A stretch of DNA of 36,833 bases from a virus (lineage: Duplodnaviria; Heunggongvirae; Uroviricota; Caudoviricetes): positions 1-36,833 of the IMG/VR virus record IMGVR_UViG_2571042372_000004. One strand, written 5' to 3'. Positions 18,529-27,767 of this stretch are shown here, one piece after another (positions within the stretch are counted from its first letter, which is position 1; each line of letters begins with the position of its first letter). The notes under the pieces were generated by a model. The model was not told the origin of the DNA. It did no database searches and saw nothing but the letters and a program-made list of their open reading frames with translations. A program made the position numbers and the translations under genes.

Positions 18529-18988
18529 CCCACTTGCTCACCAGTTCGCCATTGATATACAGCTCCATCGGGCGGGTAACCGGCTCCGGCGGCGGAGGTT
18601 CAGGGATATTCTTCACATGCAGCGCGCCGTCCACCTCACTGACCAGCGTGCGCTCGGTCAGCATCAGGCTGATGCTTATATCAAAGCTGCTGTCATTGTT
18701 GATGTCTGCATAAAACGTGAAGCCCTTTTTCTGGCCTTCGTCGGTGGTCATGATGTCGGGCTGATTTTCCCGTAGCCACGCCAGCACCGGCACGATGAGC
18801 AGGTCAAAATCACCGGTAAAGTCGGTCACAATCACATTGAGCGTGTAACGCTTTTCGAACGACAGCGACGTCGCCAGTGTGGAGGCAATACTCCCGTTAT
18901 CCACGAATATCCGCAGCATATCGGGGTTAGTTTTCAGCACCGTGACGGCATCAGTCAACGCCCTGCGCAGGCTGTCGGGTTTGAGCAT
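18521..18988 (-). CDS. R: tail completion protein gpR
   Basis: 155-aa ORF; P2 gpR size and synteny. Confidence 0.88.
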   Translation of the reverse strand: MLKPDSLRRALTDAVTVLKTNPDMLRIFVDNGSIASTLATSLSFEKRYTLNVIVTDFTGDFDLLIVPVLAWLRENQPDIMTTDEGQKKGFTFYADINNDSSFDISISLMLTERTLVSEVDGALHVKNIPEPPPPEPVTRPMELYINGELVSKWDE

Positions 18989-19241
18989 CGTTTTCGTCCT
19001 GACAGTGTTTAATCATTTTTACCTGGCTGGCACAGCGTGCCAGCGCGTTCTCAAGCTGCCTGATATCAGCACTTAAATCGCCGTTCGTCTGCGGGTCACT
19101 GCCCGGCATCGGGCAAAGACTCACTTTCGGGCAGGCGTTGGCGACAATCACTGGCGTCGGTGCAGGCCGGACGCTGGTGCAACCGGCGCACAGCATCAGG
19201 CAGGTCAGCACCGTACCAGCGGCGAAAATCTTCGTTTTCAT
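18951..19241 (-). CDS. lysC: LysC, Rz1-like outer-membrane spanin (lipoprotein)
   Basis: Start set at the internal ATG, giving 96 aa beginning MKTKIFAAGTVLTCLMLCAGCTS (signal peptide with Cys). Begins inside lysB in another frame, as in P2. Confidence 0.55.
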   Translation of the reverse strand: MKTKIFAAGTVLTCLMLCAGCTSVRPAPTPVIVANACPKVSLCPMPGSDPQTNGDLSADIRQLENALARCASQVKMIKHCQDENDAQTRQPAQGVD

Positions 19242-19521
19242 TGAGTAACCTCGTGATGGTTTTCTCGCGCTGTGCTTCACGCTTCGCGGCGTTTTCCAGT
19301 TCCTGACGCAGTGCAACCTGCGCCAGCTCGTTTTTGTCTGCCCTGGTGATGGCAACATGAAGCTGATTTTTCAGCATGGTGATGGTCGCCTGCTGCCCGC
19401 TGGCGACGTTGTTCGCCCTGTCCAGCGAGGCGCGCAGGCTGGCGTTTTCATGCTTCACCAGAAACAGCGCCGCCACCGCCAGCGATAACAACACAACCAT
19501 CACAATCATCAGCTTTGACAT
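19096..19521 (-). CDS. lysB: LysB, Rz-like inner-membrane spanin
   Basis: 141-aa ORF with N-terminal transmembrane segment MSKLMIVMVVLLSLAVAALFLV and coiled-coil body. P2 lysB size and position. Confidence 0.8.
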   Translation of the reverse strand: MSKLMIVMVVLLSLAVAALFLVKHENASLRASLDRANNVASGQQATITMLKNQLHVAITRADKNELAQVALRQELENAAKREAQREKTITRLLNENEDFRRWYGADLPDAVRRLHQRPACTDASDCRQRLPESESLPDAGQ

Positions 19522-19934
19522 AGTTCCCGCCCCTCAAAACGCTGACGGCAGGCCGTACGTATCAGCCGGAAGAACACCGACGCCACGAGGTAAATCAGCG
19601 CAGTAAAAATCCACCCGGCGGCAACCAGCGAGATAAACGTCGCCACCATCACCACCAGAGCCGCCGCCCGTCTGCGCCACGGCACCGGCTGCAAAAACAG
19701 CGACGTGACAATCTTCACGGCCAGCGATTCCGGCGGCAGCTCCCGTCCGTAGCGTTCCAGCACATACTCCGTGGCATACACGCCGACACCACTGGCAACC
19801 ACACAGATAACCGTCGCCAGAATCGCCCAGGCAGCGACAAAATTGACGGCCACGCTCTGCGGGTAAATCAGGGACAGTGCCAGCATCAGCGCCAGTGACA
19901 CGTTCAGCATCAGTGAAAGGGATAATTTCTTCAT
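19509..19934 (-). CDS. lysA: LysA, membrane protein of the lysis cassette
   Basis: 141-aa ORF with several hydrophobic helices; position between K and lysB. Confidence 0.8.
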   Translation of the reverse strand: MKKLSLSLMLNVSLALMLALSLIYPQSVAVNFVAAWAILATVICVVASGVGVYATEYVLERYGRELPPESLAVKIVTSLFLQPVPWRRRAAALVVMVATFISLVAAGWIFTALIYLVASVFFRLIRTACRQRFEGRELCQS

Positions 19935-19948
19935 GGTGTTTACTCCGT

Positions 19949-20446
19949 TTAAGCCGGTACGCCGCCGGCGGTACGCCAGACGGTGACCAGTTTTTCCAGT
20001 GAATGCTCACGCTGACCGTAACCGGCACCCGGCAGGGACGCCCAGATATTGCGACAGCGTGAAATGGCGCGTTCAATGCGTCCCACCCGGATGTCATCCA
20101 GTGCACCGCGTTCGCGGATCAACTGAATGGCAAGTCTGTCCTGTGACAACGGACTGAAATCCGGCAGGGCAAGCTGTTTGCGGTAGTGCGGCCAGAACAG
20201 GTAAAGCTGCTGATAGCGACCGGAGGCCGTGGATTTTTCACCGCGACGGTTAAACACCTTCGCCGGTCGGCCATGCGCGAACGGGTGGTCACTGTAGTCG
20301 GTGAAAATTTCCGGCTTCCCGTCCAGTCCGGTGACTATCACGTCATAGCCCCGGTTTTTCGTCAGCGGATGATTCGCCGTCCCTTCGGACACGGCCAGCA
20401 TGTCGAGAAAGGCGGCGATATTCTGGTGCGTGTTAATTACCGGCAT
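19949..20446 (-). CDS. K: endolysin gpK (lysozyme-like)
   Basis: 165-aa ORF; P2 K size and synteny, directly after holin Y. Confidence 0.88.
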   Translation of the reverse strand: MPVINTHQNIAAFLDMLAVSEGTANHPLTKNRGYDVIVTGLDGKPEIFTDYSDHPFAHGRPAKVFNRRGEKSTASGRYQQLYLFWPHYRKQLALPDFSPLSQDRLAIQLIRERGALDDIRVGRIERAISRCRNIWASLPGAGYGQREHSLEKLVTVWRTAGGVPA

Positions 20447-20727
20447 TACGGTTTCCCCCTGCCCTTAAAGCGGCGCTGAATGGCAATCTCAATCACCTGA
20501 TAACCGGCGATACCCAGCATGGAGCCGATGCCGCACACCGCAGGCAGTGACAGGTCAGGAAACTGCACCAGAACAACACCGGCAACCATCGAGACAAAAC
20601 CACCGAGCAACATGCGCCCGATAAACAGACGCGGGGTGATGGGTTCACCACCGGCAAGCACCTTGCCGACAACAATCAGCACCCCAATCATGAAAAGCGA
20701 CAGGACGCTTTTTTCTTCTGCTGTCAT
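20446..20727 (-). CDS. Y: holin gpY
   Basis: 93-aa ORF with multiple transmembrane segments and a basic C-terminus (RRFKGRGKP). Confidence 0.85.
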   Translation of the reverse strand: MTAEEKSVLSLFMIGVLIVVGKVLAGGEPITPRLFIGRMLLGGFVSMVAGVVLVQFPDLSLPAVCGIGSMLGIAGYQVIEIAIQRRFKGRGKP

Positions 20728-20730
20728 GCG

Positions 20731-20934
20731 TTACTCCCACAGATTGACAGTTTCAGCCACGGGCGCGGTCTGAACGTCGGGCAGTTCGACGGCGGTGCCG
20801 TGTGGCAGCACCGCACCCAGTTCAGACAGTCCCGGATTTGCGGCGAGCACGGTCTCAACCACGCCCTCAGTGCGCCCGTAATACCGGACACAAATGGCGT
20901 CGAGCGTGTCGCCCTGTAGCGCAAAGGTCTTCAT
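20731..20934 (-). CDS. X: tail protein gpX
   Basis: Start set at the internal ATG (MKTFALQGDTLDAICVRYYGRTEG...), 67 aa. That ATG overlaps the gpL stop (ATGA). Confidence 0.8.
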   Translation of the reverse strand: MKTFALQGDTLDAICVRYYGRTEGVVETVLAANPGLSELGAVLPHGTAVELPDVQTAPVAETVNLWE

Positions 20935-21443
20935 CAGATTTGACTCACGATGCAGCGCGGCTTGTCCTGGATACGCGCCACCGCCCAGCGCATATCCCGC
21001 CACAGCTCATCAATGGTGCTGTCTATGCTGTCGGCCTTTTTGTCGCCTTTCGCACTGGCATCCACGCCGCGATAACGCTCATAAAGCGACGCGGTCGCCA
21101 TCGCACACACGGCGCGCTCGTAGTAAAAAACCTTGATGCTTTCACCGTCGATGTCGTCCGCCGGGACGTCCGCCAGACGCGTAAAACCGGCGGCAATTTT
21201 CTGTTCGCGATACTCGTACAGCTCCGCATTCGTCTCCGCCATGCCTGACTTGATGGCCTCTCGCAGACGGGCGGGGGCGACGGTCTGCTCAAGGCGCATA
21301 CGTTCCCGGACGCGCTTCGGGTCGATATCGGGAAAAAAGAACGTGTTTTTAATCACCGGCTCGTCGCCTGCCGGTTGCGGGATGACCACCGTACCCTCAC
21401 CGGGCACGGGAGCCTCCTTTCGCGGAATAATCAGCGTCATCAT
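20934..21443 (-). CDS. L: capsid completion protein gpL
   Basis: Start set at the internal MM (MMTLIIPRKEAP...), 169 aa; P2 gpL size and synteny. Confidence 0.85.
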   Translation of the reverse strand: MMTLIIPRKEAPVPGEGTVVIPQPAGDEPVIKNTFFFPDIDPKRVRERMRLEQTVAPARLREAIKSGMAETNAELYEYREQKIAAGFTRLADVPADDIDGESIKVFYYERAVCAMATASLYERYRGVDASAKGDKKADSIDSTIDELWRDMRWAVARIQDKPRCIVSQI

Positions 21444-21542
21444 GACTACCTCTGAAAAGTCGGGCGGTGGACGCCGGTGCAGTGTCAGGTGATTCACCCT
21501 CACTGACCGGCGTGCCGCCCTGGCGCGGGGCGCATTCGGTTG

Positions 21543-22280
21543 TTAACTGGCTTTCTTTTTCGGGCGTCCACGTTTTGCCGGTGTCGCACTCCGGGTCTTA
21601 CGCGGGGCGCGGGTGACCGCTTTTGGCTCCGGCTTCGGTTTCAGCTCCCGCTCCAGTCGTTCAATCTCTTTTTTGACGCCTGCCTGACCGTCGAGCTGTG
21701 TCGCACGTTGCAGGTGTGCCAGCGCACCTGCGGCATCACCACCGTCACGCAGAAACAGACCGGTGATTTTGTGCAGCTTTGCGCGCACTTCATCAGGCAT
21801 GTCAGCCGTGGCGGTCAGTTCAAGGGTGTCCGTCAGCAGGCGGGGATCCACAGACTCACCGGCAGCGTGAGCGCGCATGGCCGCAAGCGCCACCTCCTCG
21901 GTGAACATGTACGGCGGGGTGCGGCGGTGTTTACCCGGCATGGTCAGACCGTACTTCAGGGCATAACGGGCAATCTCCAGCGCACCGGCAATATCGCCGG
22001 TATCCAGACGCCACAGCATGACCGTCATCAGAATGTCATCCTGTGCACCTTTGCCCTGCTCCAGCACGCCGTTCACCCACGGCAACCAGAACGGCAGCAG
22101 TTCGCGCTTTTTCGCGGCCTTCAGCTCTTTTGAATAAATCGCTTTCAGTGTGCGCTGGTCTGCGGCGAGCTTAACCAGCATCTGCTCATAGACAGTTGCA
22201 TGTCGCAGCGGGGCGGCTTCCCGCTGCGCGGTCATCGCTGCCGAGACCCGCATCATGTGGCGCTGTGCGGGACTCGTCAT
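21543..22280 (-). CDS. M: terminase endonuclease (small) subunit gpM
   Basis: 245-aa ORF with a basic C-terminal tail; P2 gpM size and synteny. Confidence 0.88.
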   Translation of the reverse strand: MTSPAQRHMMRVSAAMTAQREAAPLRHATVYEQMLVKLAADQRTLKAIYSKELKAAKKRELLPFWLPWVNGVLEQGKGAQDDILMTVMLWRLDTGDIAGALEIARYALKYGLTMPGKHRRTPPYMFTEEVALAAMRAHAAGESVDPRLLTDTLELTATADMPDEVRAKLHKITGLFLRDGGDAAGALAHLQRATQLDGQAGVKKEIERLERELKPKPEPKAVTRAPRKTRSATPAKRGRPKKKAS

Positions 22281-22283
22281 CGG

Positions 22284-23357
22284 TTACGCTCCCGGCTCTG
22301 CGGTCGCCTTAGCCGGTGTGGAGAAATCACCGACCTTAATTTTTTCCACCAGACAACCGGCGGCGTAGTCTTCCACCACGTAATCAATGTTCATTGACTC
22401 GTAGTTCTCCACGCGGTCGAGTTTCGGGTTTTCCTCAATCACGCGGCGATGGCTGTCATCCATGTAGTAGATGGACAGGTTTTCCAGCTTCGTGATGAGC
22501 ATCGCATCCGCCGGGAAGTACGGGACGCGTACCGCTGGCAGGTTGCCGATGCGTTTCTGGCTGATGATGACGTCAGCGGCCAGCATTTCGCTGTTGTCCT
22601 GCTCCCTGTTGACGATGGGGAAATACTTGTCCGCCAGTAGCTGACGCCCCACAATCACCACAAGGTCAGGGTCTTCCTGATACCACGGCTCAATCAGGTT
22701 GTTGGTCGCATCCATCACCAGTGCATCGAGGCTGGCATAATCACCGCCCTTACCCACGCGGATGACCTCAGAGGTCGTGTGACCTTCCTCGTCAGTAACC
22801 TTGCTCATCACGCGCGCCGGGGCTTCATTGCGGTATTTCTGCAGCCAGCCGACCGCCACATCCTGCAGCATCTGGTTACTGCTGCGGTCAGAGGTTTCGG
22901 CACGCCTCACGCCGTTAAAACCGGCCATGATTAAATCAAGGGACTGGCGTTTGATAATGGCGTTACGGACACGGAGCTGGAAATCCTGATAACGCGCCCA
23001 CAGGTCCAGCGTTTTGTAGCGGATATAAAAATCGAAGTTAATCTGGTCGCATTCGTACTTGTTTGACGCCAGCTTCGAGAAGTCCTTCGGCTGACGCTCG
23101 GTGCCACCGGCGGTGTCGGTGGTGCTGGCGATGGAGCCGGTGACACCGATGCCAATTTTTTCCCCTTTCATTTCGCTGACCGGCACAATGTTGATGCGGG
23201 TCAGAAAGTCAGAGGACTCCTGCATGGTGTTCATCAGGGTCTGGGTGACCGACGGTTCAACGGTGAATTTTTTCGACACATCACCGGCGTCGATGCCGTT
23301 CAGTTCGGCAACACGGGACAGGTAAGCATTAAATTTAAAGCGGGTTTCCTGGCGCAT
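22284..23357 (-). CDS. N: major capsid protein gpN
   Basis: 357-aa ORF; P2 gpN size and synteny. Confidence 0.9.
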   Translation of the reverse strand: MRQETRFKFNAYLSRVAELNGIDAGDVSKKFTVEPSVTQTLMNTMQESSDFLTRINIVPVSEMKGEKIGIGVTGSIASTTDTAGGTERQPKDFSKLASNKYECDQINFDFYIRYKTLDLWARYQDFQLRVRNAIIKRQSLDLIMAGFNGVRRAETSDRSSNQMLQDVAVGWLQKYRNEAPARVMSKVTDEEGHTTSEVIRVGKGGDYASLDALVMDATNNLIEPWYQEDPDLVVIVGRQLLADKYFPIVNREQDNSEMLAADVIISQKRIGNLPAVRVPYFPADAMLITKLENLSIYYMDDSHRRVIEENPKLDRVENYESMNIDYVVEDYAAGCLVEKIKVGDFSTPAKATAEPGA

Positions 23358-23415
23358 AGTTTTTCCTGAAATTAAGGGTTAATCGTGAAGGTTTTCCCGG
23401 ACTGACTGACGCCGG

Positions 23416-24270
23416 TCAGCAGTTCGTCATCAGGGCGTCACCGCCACCACCGGTGGCCTTGCTGCGGCGCTGCTGGGTCAGACTTTCGGTGTGGTCGAGA
23501 CTGTTTTTCAGGCGGGTGAATGCCTGGCTGGTTTCATCCGCCCTGTCAGTCACCTCCTGCTTAAGTGCGGAAAAGGCGGTTTCCATCTCAGAGAGGCGCT
23601 GCTCAGTGGCGCTCAGTTTTTCCTGCACATGTTCAGCAACAGCGGTCACCGCTTCATGCACGTCATTCAGACGGGCGTCATCGCTGGCCTGTTTGCGGCC
23701 AAAAATGGATTTCACCTTTTCGGTCAGGGCGGTGAACACGGTTTCAGGCAGGTCTTCAAATTCCAGCTCAACAGGCGTTGCCACTGAAATCAGGTTTTCA
23801 GGGCTTAATTTGAAGCGGTTCAGGGGGTTGTGTTTTGCCGTGCGGCAGAATTCCAGGTATTCCGTGCCGAGGCTTGCCGGGTCATCGGTGACGGCCAGAC
23901 CCACCAGATAACATTTGCCGGTGTTGGCAAAGTTCGGCTGAATTTCCATTGAGGTGTAGACCTTCTGCGCGGCCTTGTTCATCGCGATAAGGTCATCGGT
24001 CGGGGTGATTTTCGCAAACAGCGCCCATTTGCCTTTCAGCGCCGAATCATCGTCAATCTTTTCGGCCTTCAGTTCGGCCACATCGCCATAACGCTTAAAA
24101 ATACCGTCAGGCAGGATGCCGCGCAGATGTTCCAGGTTAATGCGGCAACCATAGACTCGCGGGTCAAAGGTTTCGGCCATTTCCTGAATATCCTGCGCAC
24201 TGATGACACGCCCGTCACAGGTGTCACCCTCAACGCCGATACGAAAGAATTTTGAGACTTTTTTTGCCAT
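23416..24270 (-). CDS. O: capsid scaffolding protein gpO
   Basis: Start set at the internal ATG (MAKKVSKFFRIG...), 284 aa; P2 gpO size and synteny. Confidence 0.85.
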   Translation of the reverse strand: MAKKVSKFFRIGVEGDTCDGRVISAQDIQEMAETFDPRVYGCRINLEHLRGILPDGIFKRYGDVAELKAEKIDDDSALKGKWALFAKITPTDDLIAMNKAAQKVYTSMEIQPNFANTGKCYLVGLAVTDDPASLGTEYLEFCRTAKHNPLNRFKLSPENLISVATPVELEFEDLPETVFTALTEKVKSIFGRKQASDDARLNDVHEAVTAVAEHVQEKLSATEQRLSEMETAFSALKQEVTDRADETSQAFTRLKNSLDHTESLTQQRRSKATGGGGDALMTNC

Positions 24271-24443
24271 TGTCAGGAGTCCTGAATAGTGATTAGAGGA
24301 GTCACATGTCGGCATCAGTTTCCCGACGATGCGCATCCTCCGCCATCAGTCCCGGATGGCTTATCACTGACACAACAGCACCTTAGCGAATCGCGGGGCG
24401 CGACTCAGTAGCCTTGCCGTGTATTCATCACGGCGAGGTATTC

Positions 24444-26216
24444 ATGACCATCACCACAGACACCACTCTTTTACACGACCCGCGTCGTCAGGCGGCGCTG
24501 CTGTACTGGCAGGGATTTTCCGTGCCGCAGATTGCCGCCATGTTGCAGATGAAACGCCCGACGGTGCAGAGCTGGAAACAGCGCGACGGCTGGGACAGCG
24601 TTGCCCCCATCAGCCGTGTCGAAATGAGTCTGGAAGCGCGGCTGACCCAGCTCATCATCAAACCGCAGAAAACCGGCGGTGATTTCAAGGAAATTGACCT
24701 GCTGGGACGCCAGATTGAACGACTGGCACGGGTAAACCGCTACAGCCAGACCGGCAACGAGGCAGACCTTAATCCGAACGTCGCTAACCGCAACAAAGGC
24801 GGGCGGCGCAAACCGAAAAAGAATTTTTTCAGTGACGAGGCCATCGAAAAGCTGGAGCAGATTTTCTTTGAGCAGTCTTTCGATTATCAGTTGCACTGGT
24901 ATCGCGCCGGGCTTGAGCACCGCATCCGCGATATCCTGAAATCCCGCCAGATTGGCGCGACGTTTTATTTTTCCCGCGAGGCGCTGCTGCGCGCCCTGAA
25001 AACCGGTCATAACCAGATTTTTCTGTCGGCCAGTAAAACGCAGGCGTATGTGTTCCGTGAATACATCATCGCCTTTGCCCGTCTGGTTGATGTTGACCTG
25101 ACCGGTGACCCGATTGTCCTGGGCAATAACGGCGCAAAACTGATTTTTCTCGGCACCAACTCCAACACCGCGCAGAGCCATAACGGCGACCTGTACGTCG
25201 ACGAGATTTTCTGGATCCCGAATTTTCAGGTGCTGCGTAAGGTGGCATCAGGTATGGCCTCACAGAGTCACCTGCGATCGACCTATTTCTCCACCCCGTC
25301 CACGCTGGCGCACGACGCCTACCCGTTCTGGTCGGGTGAACTGTTCAACCGGGGACGCGCCAGCGCCGCCGAACGCGTGGAAATCGACGTCAGTCATAAC
25401 GCCCTTGCCGGTGGGCTTCTCTGTGCGGACGGCCAGTGGCGGCAGATTGTCACCATTGAGGACGCCCTGAAAGGCGGCTGCACGCTGTTCGACATTGAGC
25501 AGCTCAAACGCGAAAACAGCGCCGACGATTTTAAAAACCTGTTCATGTGTGAATTTGTTGACGACAAGGCGTCGGTGTTCCCGTTCGAGGAGCTGCAACG
25601 CTGTATGGTCGACACGCTGGAAGAATGGGAAGACTATGCGCCGTTTGCCGCCAATCCGTTCGGCTCCCGCCCGGTATGGATTGGTTACGACCCGTCACAC
25701 CGTGGCGACAGCGCCGGATGCGTGGTGCTGGCACCGCCGGTGGTGGCCGGTGGCAAATTCAGAATACTTGAGCGTCACCAGTGGAAAGGCATGGATTTTG
25801 CCACTCAGGCGGAATCCATCCGCAAACTCACCGAAAAATACAACGCCGAATACATCGGTATTGATGCAACCGGCCTCGGTGTCGGCGTGTTCCAGCTCGT
25901 GCGCTCGTTCTATCCCGCCGCGCGCGATATCCACTACACGCCGGAAATGAAAACCGCAATGGTGCTCAAGGCAAAAGACGTTATTCGCCGTGGCTGTCTG
26001 GAATATGACGTCAGCGCCACCGACATCACCAGCTCGTTTATGGCTATCCGCAAGACCATGACCAGCAGCGGACGCAGCGCCACCTATGAGGCCAGCCGCA
26101 GCGAGGAAGCCAGCCACGCCGACCTCGCCTGGGCGACCATGCACGCCCTGTTAAATGAGCCACTCACCGCCGGTATCAGCACCCCGCTGACATCCACCAT
26201 TCTGGAGTTTTACTGA
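24444..26216 (+). CDS. P: terminase ATPase (large) subunit gpP
   Basis: Start set at ATG 24444 (GAGGT RBS), giving 590 aa beginning MTITTDTTLLHDPRRQAALLYWQGF...; the ORF track start at 24414 is a TTG. Divergent from O, as in P2. Confidence 0.9.
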   Translation: MTITTDTTLLHDPRRQAALLYWQGFSVPQIAAMLQMKRPTVQSWKQRDGWDSVAPISRVEMSLEARLTQLIIKPQKTGGDFKEIDLLGRQIERLARVNRYSQTGNEADLNPNVANRNKGGRRKPKKNFFSDEAIEKLEQIFFEQSFDYQLHWYRAGLEHRIRDILKSRQIGATFYFSREALLRALKTGHNQIFLSASKTQAYVFREYIIAFARLVDVDLTGDPIVLGNNGAKLIFLGTNSNTAQSHNGDLYVDEIFWIPNFQVLRKVASGMASQSHLRSTYFSTPSTLAHDAYPFWSGELFNRGRASAAERVEIDVSHNALAGGLLCADGQWRQIVTIEDALKGGCTLFDIEQLKRENSADDFKNLFMCEFVDDKASVFPFEELQRCMVDTLEEWEDYAPFAANPFGSRPVWIGYDPSHRGDSAGCVVLAPPVVAGGKFRILERHQWKGMDFATQAESIRKLTEKYNAEYIGIDATGLGVGVFQLVRSFYPAARDIHYTPEMKTAMVLKAKDVIRRGCLEYDVSATDITSSFMAIRKTMTSSGRSATYEASRSEEASHADLAWATMHALLNEPLTAGISTPLTSTILEFY

Positions 26217-27250
26217 TGAGCAAGAAAAAAGGGAAAACACCGCAACCTGCGGCAAAAAAAATGACCGCCAGCGCCCCGAAAATGGAGGCATTCACCTTTG
26301 GTGAGCCGGTGCCGGTACTCGACCGCCGTGACATTCTGGATTACGTCGAGTGCATCAGTAACGGCAGATGGTATGAGCCACCGGTCAGCTTTACTGGTCT
26401 GGCAAAAAGCCTGCGTGCTGCCGTGCATCACAGCTCACCGATTTACGTCAAACGTAATATTCTGGCCTCGACATTTATCCCGCATCCGTGGCTTTCACAA
26501 CAGGATTTCAGCCGCTTTGTGCTGGATTTTCTGGTGTTCGGTAATGCGTTTCTGGAAAAGCGTTACAGCACCACCGGTAAGGTCATCAGACTGGAAACCT
26601 CACCGGCAAAATATACCCGCCGTGGCGTGGAAGAGGATGTTTACTGGTGGGTGCCGTCCTTCAACGAGCCGACAGCCTTCGCGCCCGGCTCCGTGTTTCA
26701 CCTGCTGGAGCCGGATATTAATCAGGAGTTGTACGGCCTGCCGGAATATCTCAGCGCCCTTAACTCTGCCTGGCTGAATGAGTCGGCCACGCTGTTCCGC
26801 CGCAAGTATTACGAAAACGGCGCACATGCCGGATACATCATGTACGTCACCGATGCCGTGCAGGATCGCAACGATATCGAAATGCTTCGCGAAAACATGG
26901 TGAAGTCGAAAGGCCGCAACAACTTTAAAAACCTGTTTCTCTATGCCCCGCAGGGGAAAGCTGACGGCATTAAAATTATCCCCCTCAGTGAAGTGGCGAC
27001 GAAAGACGATTTTTTTAATATCAAAAAAGCCAGCGCCGCTGACCTGCTGGACGCGCACCGCATCCCCTTTCAGTTGATGGGAGGCAAGCCGGAGAACGTC
27101 GGGTCGCTGGGAGATATTGAGAAAGTGGCAAAGGTCTTTGTCCGCAATGAGCTTATCCCGTTACAGGACAGGATTCGGGAAATAAACGGCTGGCTCGGTC
27201 AGGAGGTCATCCGCTTTAAAAACTACTCACTGGACACTGACAACGGCTGA
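26216..27250 (+). CDS. Q: portal protein gpQ
   Basis: 344-aa ORF; P2 gpQ size and synteny. Start overlaps the P stop. Confidence 0.9.
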   Translation: MSKKKGKTPQPAAKKMTASAPKMEAFTFGEPVPVLDRRDILDYVECISNGRWYEPPVSFTGLAKSLRAAVHHSSPIYVKRNILASTFIPHPWLSQQDFSRFVLDFLVFGNAFLEKRYSTTGKVIRLETSPAKYTRRGVEEDVYWWVPSFNEPTAFAPGSVFHLLEPDINQELYGLPEYLSALNSAWLNESATLFRRKYYENGAHAGYIMYVTDAVQDRNDIEMLRENMVKSKGRNNFKNLFLYAPQGKADGIKIIPLSEVATKDDFFNIKKASAADLLDAHRIPFQLMGGKPENVGSLGDIEKVAKVFVRNELIPLQDRIREINGWLGQEVIRFKNYSLDTDNG

Positions 27251-27255
27251 ACATC

Positions 27256-27277
27256 GCCGCCTGCGGGCGGCTTTTTT
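27256..27277 (+). terminator. rho-independent terminator after Q
   Basis: Hairpin GCCGCC-tgcg-GGCGGC followed by TTTTTT, 5 nt after the Q stop. Confidence 0.65.
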
Positions 27278-27419
27278 ACACCCTGTCATCACGCCCTCAC
27301 ACGCTCACCACCGCACAAAACATCCCGCAGACACACCAACGCCCCGGCGCACAATCTAAACGCCATCACGACGCGCTCAGACGCTGAAAAAATAAAATCA
27401 GCACCACCGCCAGCGCGCA

Positions 27420-27438
27420 GTGCTTTCCCCGCCTCGCC
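27420..27438. other. cos site (19-nt cohesive-end sequence)
   Basis: gtgctttccccgcctcgcc is the reverse complement of GGCGAGGCGGGGAAAGCAC, which I recall as the P2 cohesive end. It lies just downstream of Q, as expected. Confidence 0.8.
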
Positions 27439-27767
27439 CGCCCGCTTCATGGGGCGGTTTTAATGCAGTTGCATGAGTACGTTGAATCCTCGCTAGCTGT
27501 GACGTAAAGCAATGAGGACGCATAACTTTGACACATGCAAAACCATGCACCTGATACATGCATAGTTATTACTTTGTAAAAACATAAAAAAAGGAAATCC
27601 CATGAACAAAAATCAAACTATTAATAAAAATTTTTATATCTCTTAGAACAAAAGATTTTGCTTGAACAAAGTAAACTTCTGAGGTAGATCTTTATCGTTT
27701 AGCAAAATAATTCATGTTAAACAGCTTAAATATTTATACAATATCATTGGCAATGATGAGGTTTTAA

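Noticed and set aside
24414-24443. TTG start proposed by the ORF track for terminase P
   Set aside because: An in-frame ATG with a GAGGT RBS at 24444 gives a 590-aa product matching P2 P length; the upstream TTG extension is unsupported.
24471-25181. 236-aa minus-strand ORF and other frames overlapping terminase gene P
   Set aside because: Overlap a well-supported conserved gene in antisense; no start signals.
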